Assembly (NCBI RefSeq): GCF_000025125.1
Contig: NC_013771.1
Location: 570,001-602,000 of the forward strand
DNA length: 32,000 bases
DNA from: Candidatus Atelocyanobacterium thalassa isolate ALOHA
Lineage (GTDB): Bacteria; Cyanobacteriota; Cyanobacteriia; Cyanobacteriales; Microcystaceae
Direction: 5' to 3'
This document shows, in pieces, positions 21,000-32,000 of this stretch (the first letter of the stretch is position 1; every line of letters starts with the position of its first letter). Both the position numbers and the translations under genes were made by a program. The notes beneath the pieces were generated by a model, which saw only the letters and a list, made by a program, of their open reading frames with translations, was not told where the DNA came from and made no database searches.

Positions 21000-21836
21000 T
21001 TAGTTTTTAGGTAATTCTAGAGGAATACAGCCCATTATACCTTTTCTAAAATCATTTAATAATTGCATAGCAACCCTTTCTTTGCCACCTTTATAAAAAC
21101 TACTTTCTAATTTTTCAATATATTGTTCACCACTAATGCCTAGAGGGTCAATTCCGTAACGCAATTGCAAAGTTTTTTCAAAATTTAATTCTAATAAAAG
21201 ATCTATTAACTTAGCTGCAACCTGTTGATTATCATAAGCAGCTTCTCCAATATCTTCACAAATTGCTAACTTAATAGCATTTTTTTGATTTTCTAATTTA
21301 ATTGGGATAACTCCTGGTGCATCTAAAAGTTCAATAGTTTTAGATATACGAATCCATTGAAGCTGTCTGGTAACACCTGCACGCCGAGCGCTAATAGCTA
21401 CTTTACGTCCTAACAAACGATTGATTAAAGCCGATTTACCTACATTCGGGAATCCAATTACTACTGCTCTAACTGGCCTAGGTCGCATCCCGCGATTAAC
21501 TCTTTTAATATTAACCAAATTACCAGCTTCTTTTGCTAATTGATTTAAAGATTTAATTCCTTTTCCCTGTTTTGCGTCAGTAAAATGAGCTGTCTCTCCC
21601 CTTTCTTTAAACCAGTTTAACCATTTTTGATATAAAGATTGTGGTATCATATCCATTCGATTAAGTACAGTAATTTTAGGTTTACCTTCAATCCACTGAT
21701 TGATATTCGGATGATGCGAAGCAATGGGAATCCTTGCATCTAAAATTTCAAAAATAATATCAATATTTTTTATTTGTTCTTTAAGTTGTCGCTCTGCCTT
21801 TGAAATATGACCTGGATACCATTGAATTATTGACAT
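21000..21836 (-). CDS. rbgA: Ribosome biogenesis GTPase A (YlqF/RbgA), circularly permuted GTPase
   Basis: IQWYPGHISKA N-terminus with permuted motif order: LNRMD (G4) comes before GFPNVGKS (G1) and DAPG (G3). Confidence 0.9.
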   Translation of the reverse strand: MSIIQWYPGHISKAERQLKEQIKNIDIIFEILDARIPIASHHPNINQWIEGKPKITVLNRMDMIPQSLYQKWLNWFKERGETAHFTDAKQGKGIKSLNQLAKEAGNLVNIKRVNRGMRPRPVRAVVIGFPNVGKSALINRLLGRKVAISARRAGVTRQLQWIRISKTIELLDAPGVIPIKLENQKNAIKLAICEDIGEAAYDNQQVAAKLIDLLLELNFEKTLQLRYGIDPLGISGEQYIEKLESSFYKGGKERVAMQLLNDFRKGIMGCIPLELPKN

Positions 21837-21887
21837 AATTAAATAATTGTTAAAATAATTGCTTAAAGATTATTAGAATAAACTGCC

Positions 21888-23840
21888 ATGAAACTACCAA
21901 ATCAAAGATGGGATGTTATTTCGCCTAATCCTGAAAAAATTCAACTATTAGCTGAAGAAATGAAAATCTCTGACTTAATCGTCAAGGTAATTTTAAATCG
22001 AGGAATAGACACATCAAGTTTAGCTCGTATTTATTTAAATCCTAATGAAGAAATTTTACCTCCTCCTCTAGCAGAATTTCCAGACTTATATAAAAGTATT
22101 AGCCTTTTAACAAGGGCTATTAAAGAAAAAAGTAAGATTGCAATTTGTGGGGATTATGATGCTGATGGTATGACCAGCACTTCTCTATTGCTGAGGGCTT
22201 TGAAATATTTCGGAGGAGATATTCACTATAAAATTCCTGACAGAATTAAAGATGGTTACGGTATTAATACACAAATTGTAGAAAATCTAGCTAAAAATGG
22301 GGTGGAGCTAATATTAACGGTAGATAATGGTATTTCAGCTTATGATCCAATTCAAAGAGCCGTAGAACTAGGTGTAAATGTTATTATTACAGATCATCAT
22401 GACATACCTAAAAAGCTACCTCCTGCAGATGCTATTTTAAATCCTAAGCTATTATCTCATGAATCACCTTATAGTGGGTTAGCTGGAGTAGGAGTTGCAT
22501 ATATTTTAGCTTTAACACTCGCTCAAACTTTAAATAAAACAGAAGGCATTATAGCTTCTTTATTAGAGCTTTTTACATTAGGTACTATTGCAGATTTAGC
22601 TCCTCTAATTGGGGTTAATCGTCGATGGCTTAAGCAGGGTTTAAAACAATTACCTAATTCCCAATTACCAGGTATTCAAGCTTTAATAAAAGTTTCAGGT
22701 ATTAGTGATGAGCAAAAGCAATTAAGATCAGATGATATTGGCTTTAAACTAGGTCCAAGAATTAACGCTGTAGGGCGTATTGGTGATCCCAAAGTTGCTA
22801 TTGAGTTATTGACAACTGATGATCCTGAGCTTGCATTAGAAAAAGCATTGGAATGTGAAGAAATTAATAATGTAAGAAAATCTTTATGTGAAAAGATTGA
22901 AAAAGAAGCCATAAATTTAGTAGAAAATACTCCTTTAAATTATCAAGAAAAAAGAGTTTTAGTAGTAATTAAAGATGAATGGCACCATGGAGTAATCGGT
23001 ATTGTTGCTTCTCGCTTAGTTGAACGCTATGGCGTACCAGTTTTTATTGGAACTTATGAAGAAAACGATATAGAGAAAATTCGTGGATCAGCTAGAGGAA
23101 TTCCAGAATTTGATGTTTTCAATGCTTTGCAATACTGTGATGACTTATTAGATAAATTTGGAGGACATAAAGCTGCAGGCGGATTTGGCTTAAAACGGAA
23201 ATACTTGAATTCTTTTGAAAAAAGACTTAGTGAGTTTTCTCATCAACATCTTAAGCTACACCATATTAAACCTCTAATTAAAATCGATAGTGAAATCAAT
23301 TTTAAAGATATAAATCATAATCTATATGAAACACTTGATTCTCTTCAACCTTGGGGAATTGGAAATGCTATCCCTATTTTTTGGACACCTAATGTAATAA
23401 TATTAAAGCAAAAGATTATAGGAGATAACCATCTCAAAATATCACTAGTTCAAAATGATGGTGAAAAGATTGAGGCTATAGCATGGCGATTTGGAACATA
23501 TTACCCTTTACCAAAGCAATTAGATATAGCATATAAATTGTCTAAGAATTCTTGGAACGGAAAGAGCAATATTCAGCTAGAAATTGTAGGTATACGTCTC
23601 CCTGAATCTATAAATAAAGAATTTCAAAGTACATTCGAATTTAACGGTAGACAATACATTTGTTCTATAAAAGATAAAATACTAAAAATTAAAAATTTAC
23701 AAGGAAAGACTTTATCTATCTATAAAGGTCAAAGGAAAGGATTATTAGAAAATGGTTATGAAAAAATTAAAACAATTGATGTTACACATCAGCCGTACTA
23801 CACAATAGTTAAAATGGCTTTACATTCTTTAAAATTATAA
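21888..23840 (+). CDS. recJ: Single-stranded-DNA-specific exonuclease RecJ
   Basis: DHH-family motifs (GDYDADGMTS, DNG, ITDHHD) and the DHHA1 motif GGHKAAGG. It has an OB-like C-terminal extension. Confidence 0.9.
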   Translation: MKLPNQRWDVISPNPEKIQLLAEEMKISDLIVKVILNRGIDTSSLARIYLNPNEEILPPPLAEFPDLYKSISLLTRAIKEKSKIAICGDYDADGMTSTSLLLRALKYFGGDIHYKIPDRIKDGYGINTQIVENLAKNGVELILTVDNGISAYDPIQRAVELGVNVIITDHHDIPKKLPPADAILNPKLLSHESPYSGLAGVGVAYILALTLAQTLNKTEGIIASLLELFTLGTIADLAPLIGVNRRWLKQGLKQLPNSQLPGIQALIKVSGISDEQKQLRSDDIGFKLGPRINAVGRIGDPKVAIELLTTDDPELALEKALECEEINNVRKSLCEKIEKEAINLVENTPLNYQEKRVLVVIKDEWHHGVIGIVASRLVERYGVPVFIGTYEENDIEKIRGSARGIPEFDVFNALQYCDDLLDKFGGHKAAGGFGLKRKYLNSFEKRLSEFSHQHLKLHHIKPLIKIDSEINFKDINHNLYETLDSLQPWGIGNAIPIFWTPNVIILKQKIIGDNHLKISLVQNDGEKIEAIAWRFGTYYPLPKQLDIAYKLSKNSWNGKSNIQLEIVGIRLPESINKEFQSTFEFNGRQYICSIKDKILKIKNLQGKTLSIYKGQRKGLLENGYEKIKTIDVTHQPYYTIVKMALHSLKL

Positions 23841-23989
23841 TTTTTTTCAGTTCTAGATTATTTATCTTGTTAGACGAACTTTTAATATTGATATATTTCT
23901 TTATTTAACATCATGTCTCTGATTAGAGTGAGTAATACTTTGCAGTTATTTTTTAAATATATTTTAAATTTTAATTCATTCTTTTTTAT

Positions 23990-24028
23990 AATGAGGGGAT
24001 GAAAAAATTATTACTTCACCACCTCATT
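23990..24028. other. Imperfect GC-containing hairpin between convergent recJ and ctaB
   Basis: AATGAGGGGATGAA (23990-24003) pairs with TTCACCACCTCATT (24015-24028): a 7-bp perfect stem extended with 2 mismatches. It ends 5 nt from the ctaB stop, and the T- and A-tracts are on the wrong sides for a canonical terminator. Confidence 0.3.
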
Positions 24029-24033
24029 AATAT

Positions 24034-25002
24034 CTAAGGCCAAATATAGTTTGCAAAAATATTAAGATTATTTCCTAATATTGTTATCACTTTATGAGTT
24101 ATGGGAAGACTGTCAACAACCATAGCTGCACACAATAACATTAAATATAGGATAGAAAACTTGAATAATGATCGAGCTAAACTTTTATCTAAAGGATTTT
24201 GTTTTAATAGCCAGGTTTTCTGAGCAAACATAACTCCTAGAATAAGTGCAGACATACCATATAAAAAACCTAAAGTTTCTGTTGAATATATCAGCAGAAA
24301 AGTACATGGAATTACTAATAATGTATATAACCAGATTTGATGTACTGTTGATTCCTCTCCCTCAACTACAGGCATCATAGGAACATCTACTTGAGCATAA
24401 TCATCTTTCAACATAAGTGCTAATGCCCAAAAGTGAGGAGGAGTCCACAGAAAAATTATAGTAAATAATATCCAAGGGGCCCAGCTCAAGTCTCCTGTAA
24501 CTGCAGCCCAACCGACAAGTGGAGGGATAGAACCTGCTGCACCGCCAATAACAATATTTTGGGAACTATTACGCTTTAAGAAATGAGTATAAACCAGCAT
24601 ATAAAAAACTATGCCAGACATAGCTAATAACCCACTAAGGAGGTTAATGTAAGCAACAAAAAGACTAAAAGATAAAAACCCTAGTATAAAAGCAAAAATA
24701 AGAGCATGGCGAGATCTGACCCGCCCTGATGGGATGGGACGAGTTCTTGTTCTTAACATTTCATAGTCAATATCTCGGTCATAGATACAATTCATTACTT
24801 GAGCTGAGGCAGCCGCGAAGGTTCCTCCGAGCAAAGTTATAAATAATTTAAAAGAATTAACTTCACCGTTAGATGCAATCCACATAGATGCAGCTGTAGT
24901 AATAAGTAATAAAGGAATAATCCTAGGTTTAGTTAATTGATAATAGCTTTTGATAACTTGTAAAAAGTTTTCGTTACGGTAAACAACATCAGTCCCAATC
25001 AT
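24034..25002 (-). CDS. ctaB: Protoheme IX farnesyltransferase (heme O synthase)
   Basis: YYQLTKPRI N-terminus and the UbiA-type motif NCIYDRDIDYEMLRTRTRPIPSG. It starts 24 nt downstream of ctaA on the same strand. Confidence 0.9.
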   Translation of the reverse strand: MIGTDVVYRNENFLQVIKSYYQLTKPRIIPLLLITTAASMWIASNGEVNSFKLFITLLGGTFAAASAQVMNCIYDRDIDYEMLRTRTRPIPSGRVRSRHALIFAFILGFLSFSLFVAYINLLSGLLAMSGIVFYMLVYTHFLKRNSSQNIVIGGAAGSIPPLVGWAAVTGDLSWAPWILFTIIFLWTPPHFWALALMLKDDYAQVDVPMMPVVEGEESTVHQIWLYTLLVIPCTFLLIYSTETLGFLYGMSALILGVMFAQKTWLLKQNPLDKSLARSLFKFSILYLMLLCAAMVVDSLPITHKVITILGNNLNIFANYIWP

Positions 25003-25026
25003 GAATCCACACCATATTCTATTAAT

Positions 25027-25965
25027 TTATAATTTATGAGCTACCGAGGGAAAATTGTTTTTTCTCGGAACACTACGAATTGCTAGAGTTGTTAGAGCTA
25101 CTAAAGTCCCAAATAAGATAACACCGATAGTATGGTGAGTTATAGTTAAAGGTTCTACTTGTAAACGTAGATAAAATGTCGCGATCCCTAAAAAAACTTG
25201 GCACATTATTATTCCTCCAGCAAGCCAGACAAGTTTTTTTAAAGAAGAGTGAATATTTTGATTTCGCCAAACCATAAAAACTAAACTTAGTACGCCAAGA
25301 GTTGTCGGTATAACACCAATAATATGGCTATTCATAACAGTACATAGTTGAGATTCTTCAAGGCATTGGTGTAAAGCCCAACGGGAACCTACCAACCCTC
25401 CCAGCAAACATTGAATATATATTAAAAAGGTTACGGGCAATCCAACCCAGTGTAAATTGCTCTCACTTTTAACTTCTAAAGGAGGACTTAATGATACTGC
25501 CATAACTACTAACACTCCAAAGAAAAGTAAAGCAGTACCTAAATGCGCAGTAACAATATCAAATCTTAACATTCTAGTAACAGTAAGTCCTCCTAAAATT
25601 CCTTGAACCAAAATCAACATAAGTGCTAACATTGCAGACCAAGGTAACCATTTGGGAAGTTGCTTACGAAACCAACAAGATATTATCAACAAAGTTATAG
25701 TACTTATTCCAATCAAAGAAGCATCAAGACGGTGAAACCACTCTAAAAAAACTTGTAAATTCATTTGTTTAGTGGGAACTAGTTGGCCATAACATAATGG
25801 CCAATCCGGGCAGGCTAAGCCTGCGTTCATAACTCTTGTTGCACTTCCTACTGCCATTAATAGAAGAGTAGCAATGGCAATTTTCCATACAAAAAATTTG
25901 ACCCATTTTCGGATTTTTAGACTATTATCAGATTTTATTTCTTCTATTAGAACAGTTCTTGTCAT
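25027..25965 (-). CDS. ctaA: Heme A synthase (COX15/CtaA)
   Basis: 312 aa with about 8 TM helices. It has the conserved GLACPDWPLCYG segment and His-containing helices (EWFHRL, TAHLG, THHTIG). Confidence 0.85.
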   Translation of the reverse strand: MTRTVLIEEIKSDNSLKIRKWVKFFVWKIAIATLLLMAVGSATRVMNAGLACPDWPLCYGQLVPTKQMNLQVFLEWFHRLDASLIGISTITLLIISCWFRKQLPKWLPWSAMLALMLILVQGILGGLTVTRMLRFDIVTAHLGTALLFFGVLVVMAVSLSPPLEVKSESNLHWVGLPVTFLIYIQCLLGGLVGSRWALHQCLEESQLCTVMNSHIIGVIPTTLGVLSLVFMVWRNQNIHSSLKKLVWLAGGIIMCQVFLGIATFYLRLQVEPLTITHHTIGVILFGTLVALTTLAIRSVPRKNNFPSVAHKL

Positions 25966-26063
25966 AACATTTTATTTAATCAAACAAATTTTATAATTTA
26001 TAAAGTATAAACTTCATTACACAAAATTATTGTTATAAAGCCAAACTAGTTCAAATCTTACTA

Positions 26064-26099
26064 AAAAATTTATGATTTATTCATAAATCATAAATTTTT
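26064..26099. repeat. Perfect 17+2+17 palindrome, 99 nt upstream of the ctaA start
   Basis: AAAAATTTATGATTTAT-tc-ATAAATCATAAATTTTT. Every one of the 17 arm positions pairs. It is flanked by an A-run on one side and a T-run on the other. Confidence 0.7.
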
Positions 26100-26510
26100 G
26101 TTAATCCTTTAGATTCAGTTAATGATTACTTTACGTTTCTTAACAATAAAAATAGAGCTATCAAATATTTAGTTGTTTCTATCTTTTTAAACGTAATACT
26201 TAGAATTAACCTATATTTGATTTTAAGTAAAATTATGGTGAAGATAATAGTAATAACTTATAAAATATACATGATTTACGGATAAGAAATTGTTAATAAA
26301 TAATGTAGTTAGGAAAAGAGTAACTGATATAAAAAACCATATTAGAAATTTAATCACAAAACAAAGTTTAAAATAATAATAAGAAGCTTTTGCTAATAAT
26401 TAACTCTGATTTTAAAAATATTTCTATTAAAATTACAATGACTTAAATTCATAAATTATTTACTATCGCTTATCTAATTTTTTTAAGTAAATATCTTGTG
26501 AAAACATAGT

Positions 26511-28265
26511 CTACATTCTTTCTAATACATCGATTCCCAACAAGGAAAGGCCTAGCTCAAGAGTTCTAGCTGTTAAATCACATAATACTAATCGAGAAAA
26601 TTTTGTTGAATCCACTGATTTTAATACTGGACAATTTTCATAGAAACGGTTGAATCGTTTACTTAATTCATACAAATATTCACAAAGACGGTTGGGAAGA
26701 AGTGTATTTTCAATTATTTCAATCACTTCATTTAACTGTAACAAATATTTTGCTAAATCTATTTCTGCCTCATCTTGTAAGATAACTTGAGTATTTTCTA
26801 ATGCAGCATAATTTATTTTTTCTTCTCTTAGAATACTCTTAATTCTAGCATAGGCATAAAGCATATAAGGAGCAGTGTTACCTTGTAAAGAAAGCATCTT
26901 ATCATAACTAAATATGTAATCACTATTACGATTTTGACTGAGATCAGCATATTTAACAGAACCAATACCTACTACATTAGCTACATTATTAATAAATTCT
27001 TGAGACTCTTCTCGATTTTCTGTTTTTAACCGATTTTCTAAATTCTTACGGGCTTGATAGATTGACTTATCTAATAAGTCTTTAAGTCTAATAGTTTCTC
27101 CTGACCGAGTTTTCAATTTTTTCCCATCTTCCCCTTTAACAAGCCCAAAAGGAATATGAGATACACTTGTCTCTTCTCTTAAAAAACCGGCTCTTTGAGC
27201 GATCTGAAAAACTTGTGCAAAGTGATTAGATTGGCCTGCATCAGTTACGTAAATAATATGTTTAGCCTTATCGATATTAATTCTATATTTCAGAGCAGCT
27301 AAGTCTGTAGTGGCGTAATTATAGCCACCATCAGACTTTTGAACAATTAAAGGTAGAGGGTTCCCAGATTTATTTATAAATCCTTCCAGGAAGACACATT
27401 TAGCTCCATCACTGATTTCTAGAATTTTTTGCTTATCTAAATCATTAACAATTTCTTCTAAGAAAGGATTGTAAAAAGACTCTCCTCTTTCAGTTAATTC
27501 AATTTGCAAAATATCATAAATAACTTGAAATTCTCGGCGAGACTGCTCACATAATAGCTTCCATGCTTTACGATACTCCTCATTACCTAGCTGTAGCTTA
27601 ACTACTGCTTCTCTAGATATTTCTTGAAATTGAATATCCTCGTCAAAACGTTTTTTTGCTTTTCTATAGAAACTTACTAAATCTTCAATTTGTAGAACAT
27701 TTGCTTCATACAAGGCGTTAGGAAATACCTCTTTTAAATACGAAATAAGCATTCCAAATTGTGTTCCCCAATCTCCTACATGATTTAGCCTTAAAATATC
27801 ATGACCTATAAACTCTAGAATACGAGAAAGTGAATCACCAATAATAGTAGATCTAAGATGACCAACGTGCATCTCTTTAGCTATATTTGGACTAGAGAAA
27901 TCAACAATTATTTTTTGGGAATTGTGAGTTTTTAAAATTCCCAGTCTTTCATCCTCACATAATAATTTAATTTGATCCTCTAAATAACCTTTTTTTATTC
28001 TTAAGTTAATAAAACCAGGACCACCTATAGAAGGAGTTTCATATACTGGACTGACAGGTAAATTCCCAATGATTATTTGAGAAATTTCTTGTGGTTTTTT
28101 TTTAAGTTTCTTAGCTAATGAAAAAGCAATGTTTACTTGATAATCTGCATGCCTAGTATCTTTAGCTATTGATACCTGAGGATCAACATTGTTAAACTCT
28201 TCACCAAAAGATTTAATTAGTGCATAGTTAAAATCTTCAATTATTTTTTTATTAAGAGGGGTCAT
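26511..28265 (-). CDS. argS: Arginine--tRNA ligase
   Basis: 584 aa with the class I HIGH-type motif ([16 protein letters not shown]), [12 protein letters not shown], and the DALR anticodon-binding C-terminus ending ...GIDVLERM. Confidence 0.95.
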   Translation of the reverse strand: MTPLNKKIIEDFNYALIKSFGEEFNNVDPQVSIAKDTRHADYQVNIAFSLAKKLKKKPQEISQIIIGNLPVSPVYETPSIGGPGFINLRIKKGYLEDQIKLLCEDERLGILKTHNSQKIIVDFSSPNIAKEMHVGHLRSTIIGDSLSRILEFIGHDILRLNHVGDWGTQFGMLISYLKEVFPNALYEANVLQIEDLVSFYRKAKKRFDEDIQFQEISREAVVKLQLGNEEYRKAWKLLCEQSRREFQVIYDILQIELTERGESFYNPFLEEIVNDLDKQKILEISDGAKCVFLEGFINKSGNPLPLIVQKSDGGYNYATTDLAALKYRINIDKAKHIIYVTDAGQSNHFAQVFQIAQRAGFLREETSVSHIPFGLVKGEDGKKLKTRSGETIRLKDLLDKSIYQARKNLENRLKTENREESQEFINNVANVVGIGSVKYADLSQNRNSDYIFSYDKMLSLQGNTAPYMLYAYARIKSILREEKINYAALENTQVILQDEAEIDLAKYLLQLNEVIEIIENTLLPNRLCEYLYELSKRFNRFYENCPVLKSVDSTKFSRLVLCDLTARTLELGLSLLGIDVLERM

Positions 28266-28408
28266 TTAAATTATTAATATTCTAAAACAGCCGGCGTTCT
28301 TAGATTATCACAACAAATACTATAAATATCTTAGATAATGAGAAAAATAAAATAAATCCGAGATTGTACTTATAAAAAATAAACTAAATAAAGATAATAA
28401 TATAATTG

Positions 28409-29080
28409 TTAATAGAATAGTGATTCTAAATCGATTGAAGAGGCAGCAGAAAGCAATTCTTTAGCATCTTCTGTATCCTTTATGTAAGGTAATATGCCTA
28501 AAATTGGAATATTTGTTAAAGATTGAATAAGATCAATTGGTGCTAACTGAGAAATTCTTTCTTGAACAAGAGGAGATGTGCAGTTTAGTATTATACCCTT
28601 TAAATTCACTTTATTTTTTACTGCTAATGCAATATTGGCTATTGCTTGATTAATTGTGTTTGATTCTATAGGAACAATTAAAATAGTTGGCAAATCCCAT
28701 ATTCCAACAATATCAGATATTAACATTTCTCTTGTGATAGGAGAGCTTAAGCTTTCTGCTCCGTCAATTAAAACTAAATCTAGCTCTTTTTGCAAAGAAC
28801 TTAAAGTTTTCCATAGCTTACCTAAAAGATTAGAACATAAATCATCTGAATTTGTAACAGTTGCAGCTCTGGGTAGTTGACGACTAACAATTTTAATCTT
28901 GTTTGGTGAACTAAACAAAAAATTGTTAGGTAATTTGTTTTCATCAAGCTCTTCTTGTATTAAGTCTAAGATTCCTGAAGATTCTTCACAAAAATAAGTT
29001 TGCTTATAAATAGCTAAAATTTTGATTAATAGAGTTTTTCCAGAGCTTGGAGCTGTTCCTGTAATAAATAAGGTTTGCAT
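28409..29080 (-). CDS. BioD-like P-loop protein (probable but divergent dethiobiotin synthase)
   Basis: It has the N-terminal P-loop ITGTAPSSGKT, a Walker-B-like VLIDGAES, and GIILNC / LGILPY blocks arranged as in BioD. The canonical BioD signatures are degenerate (see findings). Confidence 0.5.
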   Translation of the reverse strand: MQTLFITGTAPSSGKTLLIKILAIYKQTYFCEESSGILDLIQEELDENKLPNNFLFSSPNKIKIVSRQLPRAATVTNSDDLCSNLLGKLWKTLSSLQKELDLVLIDGAESLSSPITREMLISDIVGIWDLPTILIVPIESNTINQAIANIALAVKNKVNLKGIILNCTSPLVQERISQLAPIDLIQSLTNIPILGILPYIKDTEDAKELLSAASSIDLESLFY

Positions 29081-29388
29081 TTAACTGTATTTAAAAAATG
29101 ATTTTTTAATGTATTTAAGATTATTAACTTTTGAAAGTATATTGATAGATATATTTTAAGAGTAAATTAACATCTATTTGTATAAATAATAACTATAAAG
29201 TTTTATGCATATAAGTCCATATAGTATATATCCAAAACATAAGTTCTTTAAAAAGTTATGCAGCTTAATTATACAATTTATAAATTTCAGTAAAATCTAA
29301 AATTTATAGATTATTATGTGTGCAAATAGTAAGACTGTATAGATATGTTGTGAAATATTAAAAAATTTTCTCATTATGAATATTAAAT

Positions 29389-29604
29389 CTATTCTTTAGC
29401 CATAATCTTATCAGAGTTGATAATTTTTTTATCGGCACGTAAAGATGAAAATGTAGCAGAAATAGCGTCATCATAATTAGACGCAATAGCTAAAAATGAT
29501 CCTGATAAAATATAAATAGGTAATGGCGAAATAATATCTTTAATCCATTGAAAAAATTGTATTGAACTAAATAATATTAAAACTGAAACAATCCAGAAAA
29601 GCAT
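29389..29604 (-). CDS. Hypothetical small membrane protein (71 aa, 2 predicted TM)
   Basis: ATG-initiated ORF with two hydrophobic stretches. There is no recognised homology, so it could be a chance ORF in AT-rich DNA. Confidence 0.35.
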   Translation of the reverse strand: MLFWIVSVLILFSSIQFFQWIKDIISPLPIYILSGSFLAIASNYDDAISATFSSLRADKKIINSDKIMAKE

Positions 29605-30275
29605 AAATGTAAACCTGTTATTAATTTATTTAAAAACAATTATTTTGTACATTACCATGCTACAGCAGTTCTTAAAATTCCGTTTTTACTTTTATTATGA
29701 TGAATAGCGAGAAAAATTAGTACATCTTTTCATTCGAAATATTTCTAAAATCTATTAAAAACATTATTCATTTAATATTCTTCAATAGAAAATTTAAGCT
29801 ATAAATTATTCAAAATCACGTAACGATTTTAGATAAAACTAAAAACCGAAAATATATTTCAAAAAGCCAAAAGTTGTCTAAGCTTAACAACCCTTGATTT
29901 GATACTGAGCTAATCTCAATCAATGTATCAATTTAAATTTGTCATTCATTTGATTCATAACTATATTTTTCTAACTTTTAGTTGATACTGGTGTAAGGAG
30001 AAAGACTATAATATGAATTATGGGTAAAAAAATAAATTTACTTTTTAGACTTAATAATAACTTTGAGTCAATAGGTAAATAAAGTTGTTAGATACATATT
30101 TGTAGTGATAGTTATAAATATGGTGTCATCTCAGTGTGTGTATTTAAATTCACAGACATGATGCAGTTCATTGTATTATTAAGATTAAGTCATTCGGTAC
30201 TTATACATTGTGAAATCTATCTCCAACTATTGCAATGGAGTAAAGGTTATTTAACCTCTGTAAACACGTAAATAA

Positions 30276-31181
<906 letters not shown>

Positions 31182-31210
31182 ATCTTAAATATACTTTTCA
31201 AGTATCTAAT

Positions 31211-31241
31211 AAGGGGGTCAATTCTGTTGTCCTCCTTTTTT
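31211..31241 (+). terminator. Intrinsic terminator of petH
   Basis: AAGGGGG (31211-31217) pairs with CCTCCTT (31231-37) with one G-U. The loop is 13 nt, and TTTT follows the stem (TTTTTT counting the two stem-terminal Ts). It lies 30 nt after the petH stop. Confidence 0.6.
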
Positions 31242-31337
31242 AGTTTTTAAAATAAGCTTTATTAAGTAGAAAATATATTTTTGGTTAACTAATAGCTAAT
31301 TGTTATCCATAATGTTTCAGAAAATTGTCTAAACATA

Positions 31338-32000
31338 TCACGAAGCTACTTGCTCAAGCAATTTTTTATGTAACATAGCACGTTCTTTTAAGCTTTGTAT
31401 TGAACTGTTAAGTGGTTTTGCACTAGTAAAATAACACTTTAACCATGCATCTTTTATCATGTCTGAGTCATCTGGTAGTTGATCAAGCTCCCAGCCGGGG
31501 ATATTTATTTCTTCCATTAAATATTTAACCTTTGGATCATAACTTAAAGCAAAGCATCGGGATCTTTCTGAAGCAGCCATGATTAAACAATGTAATCGCA
31601 TCCCTATAGTCATATTAGTATTTTTAAATAATCCTTTCATTCTTTGTGGATCATCTATTTGAATAATTTCATGAGATTTTGATAATTTTTTAGAGATATG
31701 ATGTGCAATTGTAAAATCTTGAGAAGCTTGAAATGGAACTAATAAAATATATGTATTAGTAATTTTCTGGAAATCTACTAATGCATTGGTTAACGTTTTT
31801 AACTTCTTAATTGTTAATGATGGATGGTTGCGTAAGTTAATAGCAACTATTGGTTGTGAGGTTTGTATAAAGTCTGATATGTCTTTAGATCGTAGTGCCC
31901 AAACTGGATCAGGAGCAATAGAATGATGAATGTCCCATTCCGATAGTAGTTTGGCAGATTTACGGTCTCTAACAGAGATTGCAGTACACTTGGCCAAAGT
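31338..32000 (-). CDS. Polysaccharide pyruvyl transferase (CsaB-like), C-terminal part only; the N-terminus lies beyond the window end
   Basis: The ORF is open to the window edge. The MRLHCLIMAASERSRCFALSYDPKV block is typical of CsaB-type pyruvyl transferases, as recalled from memory. Confidence 0.65.
   Translation of the reverse strand, partial: TLAKCTAISVRDRKSAKLLSEWDIHHSIAPDPVWALRSKDISDFIQTSQPIVAINLRNHPSLTIKKLKTLTNALVDFQKITNTYILLVPFQASQDFTIAHHISKKLSKSHEIIQIDDPQRMKGLFKNTNMTIGMRLHCLIMAASERSRCFALSYDPKVKYLMEEINIPGWELDQLPDDSDMIKDAWLKCYFTSAKPLNSSIQSLKERAMLHKKLLEQVAS

Noticed and set aside
30158-30271. A 37-codon ORF (MMQFIVLLRLSHSVLIHCEIYLQLLQWSKGYLTSVNT) ending 17 nt before the petH start, as a possible uORF or remnant of the FNR N-terminal domain
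   Set aside because: It is in a different frame from petH and has no resemblance to CpcD or FNR linker sequence that I can see. Its composition matches random AT-rich DNA. I mention it only as something ribosome profiling could test.

Overview
By eye this is a very AT-rich (about 30% GC) cyanobacterial chromosome segment made almost entirely of housekeeping genes. I call 25 protein-coding genes, about 84% of the window.

The genes, in order:
- a 5'-truncated DUF512 radical-SAM-like gene
- a small bitopic membrane ORF
- an S41 C-terminal processing protease
- ftsQ-ftsZ
- a TauE/SafE permease
- carB
- der
- chlB
- a DUF4330-like gene
- a class-A beta-lactamase-like serine hydrolase
- menA, divergent from menF
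- a membrane ORF, divergent from a GtrB/ArnC-like GT2
- a GUN4-domain gene
- rbgA (ylqF)
- recJ
- ctaA-ctaB
- argS
- a BioD-like P-loop gene
- a 71-aa membrane ORF
- a short petH
- a 3' fragment of a csaB-like pyruvyl transferase

I see no rRNA, tRNA, CRISPR array, transposase or integrase, toxin-antitoxin pair or recognisable defence gene. I do not find a convincing novel multi-gene system here, and this looks like core genome.

The points worth a second look are:
- petH can only encode the short, CpcD-less FNR, and it sits behind a 683-bp ORF-free leader.
- Several spacers of 300-680 bp are unusually long and may be gene-decay scars.
- A perfect 17+2+17 palindrome lies 99 nt upstream of ctaA.
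- Three strong hairpins lie in the chlB/DUF4330 convergent spacer.
- A GC-richer island sits in the 500-bp spacer upstream of the GT2 gene.
- The BioD-like protein has a diverged signature.

Gene content and composition suggest a genome-reduced unicellular cyanobacterium, with UCYN-A / Candidatus Atelocyanobacterium thalassa as my best guess. I cannot verify that without a database search.
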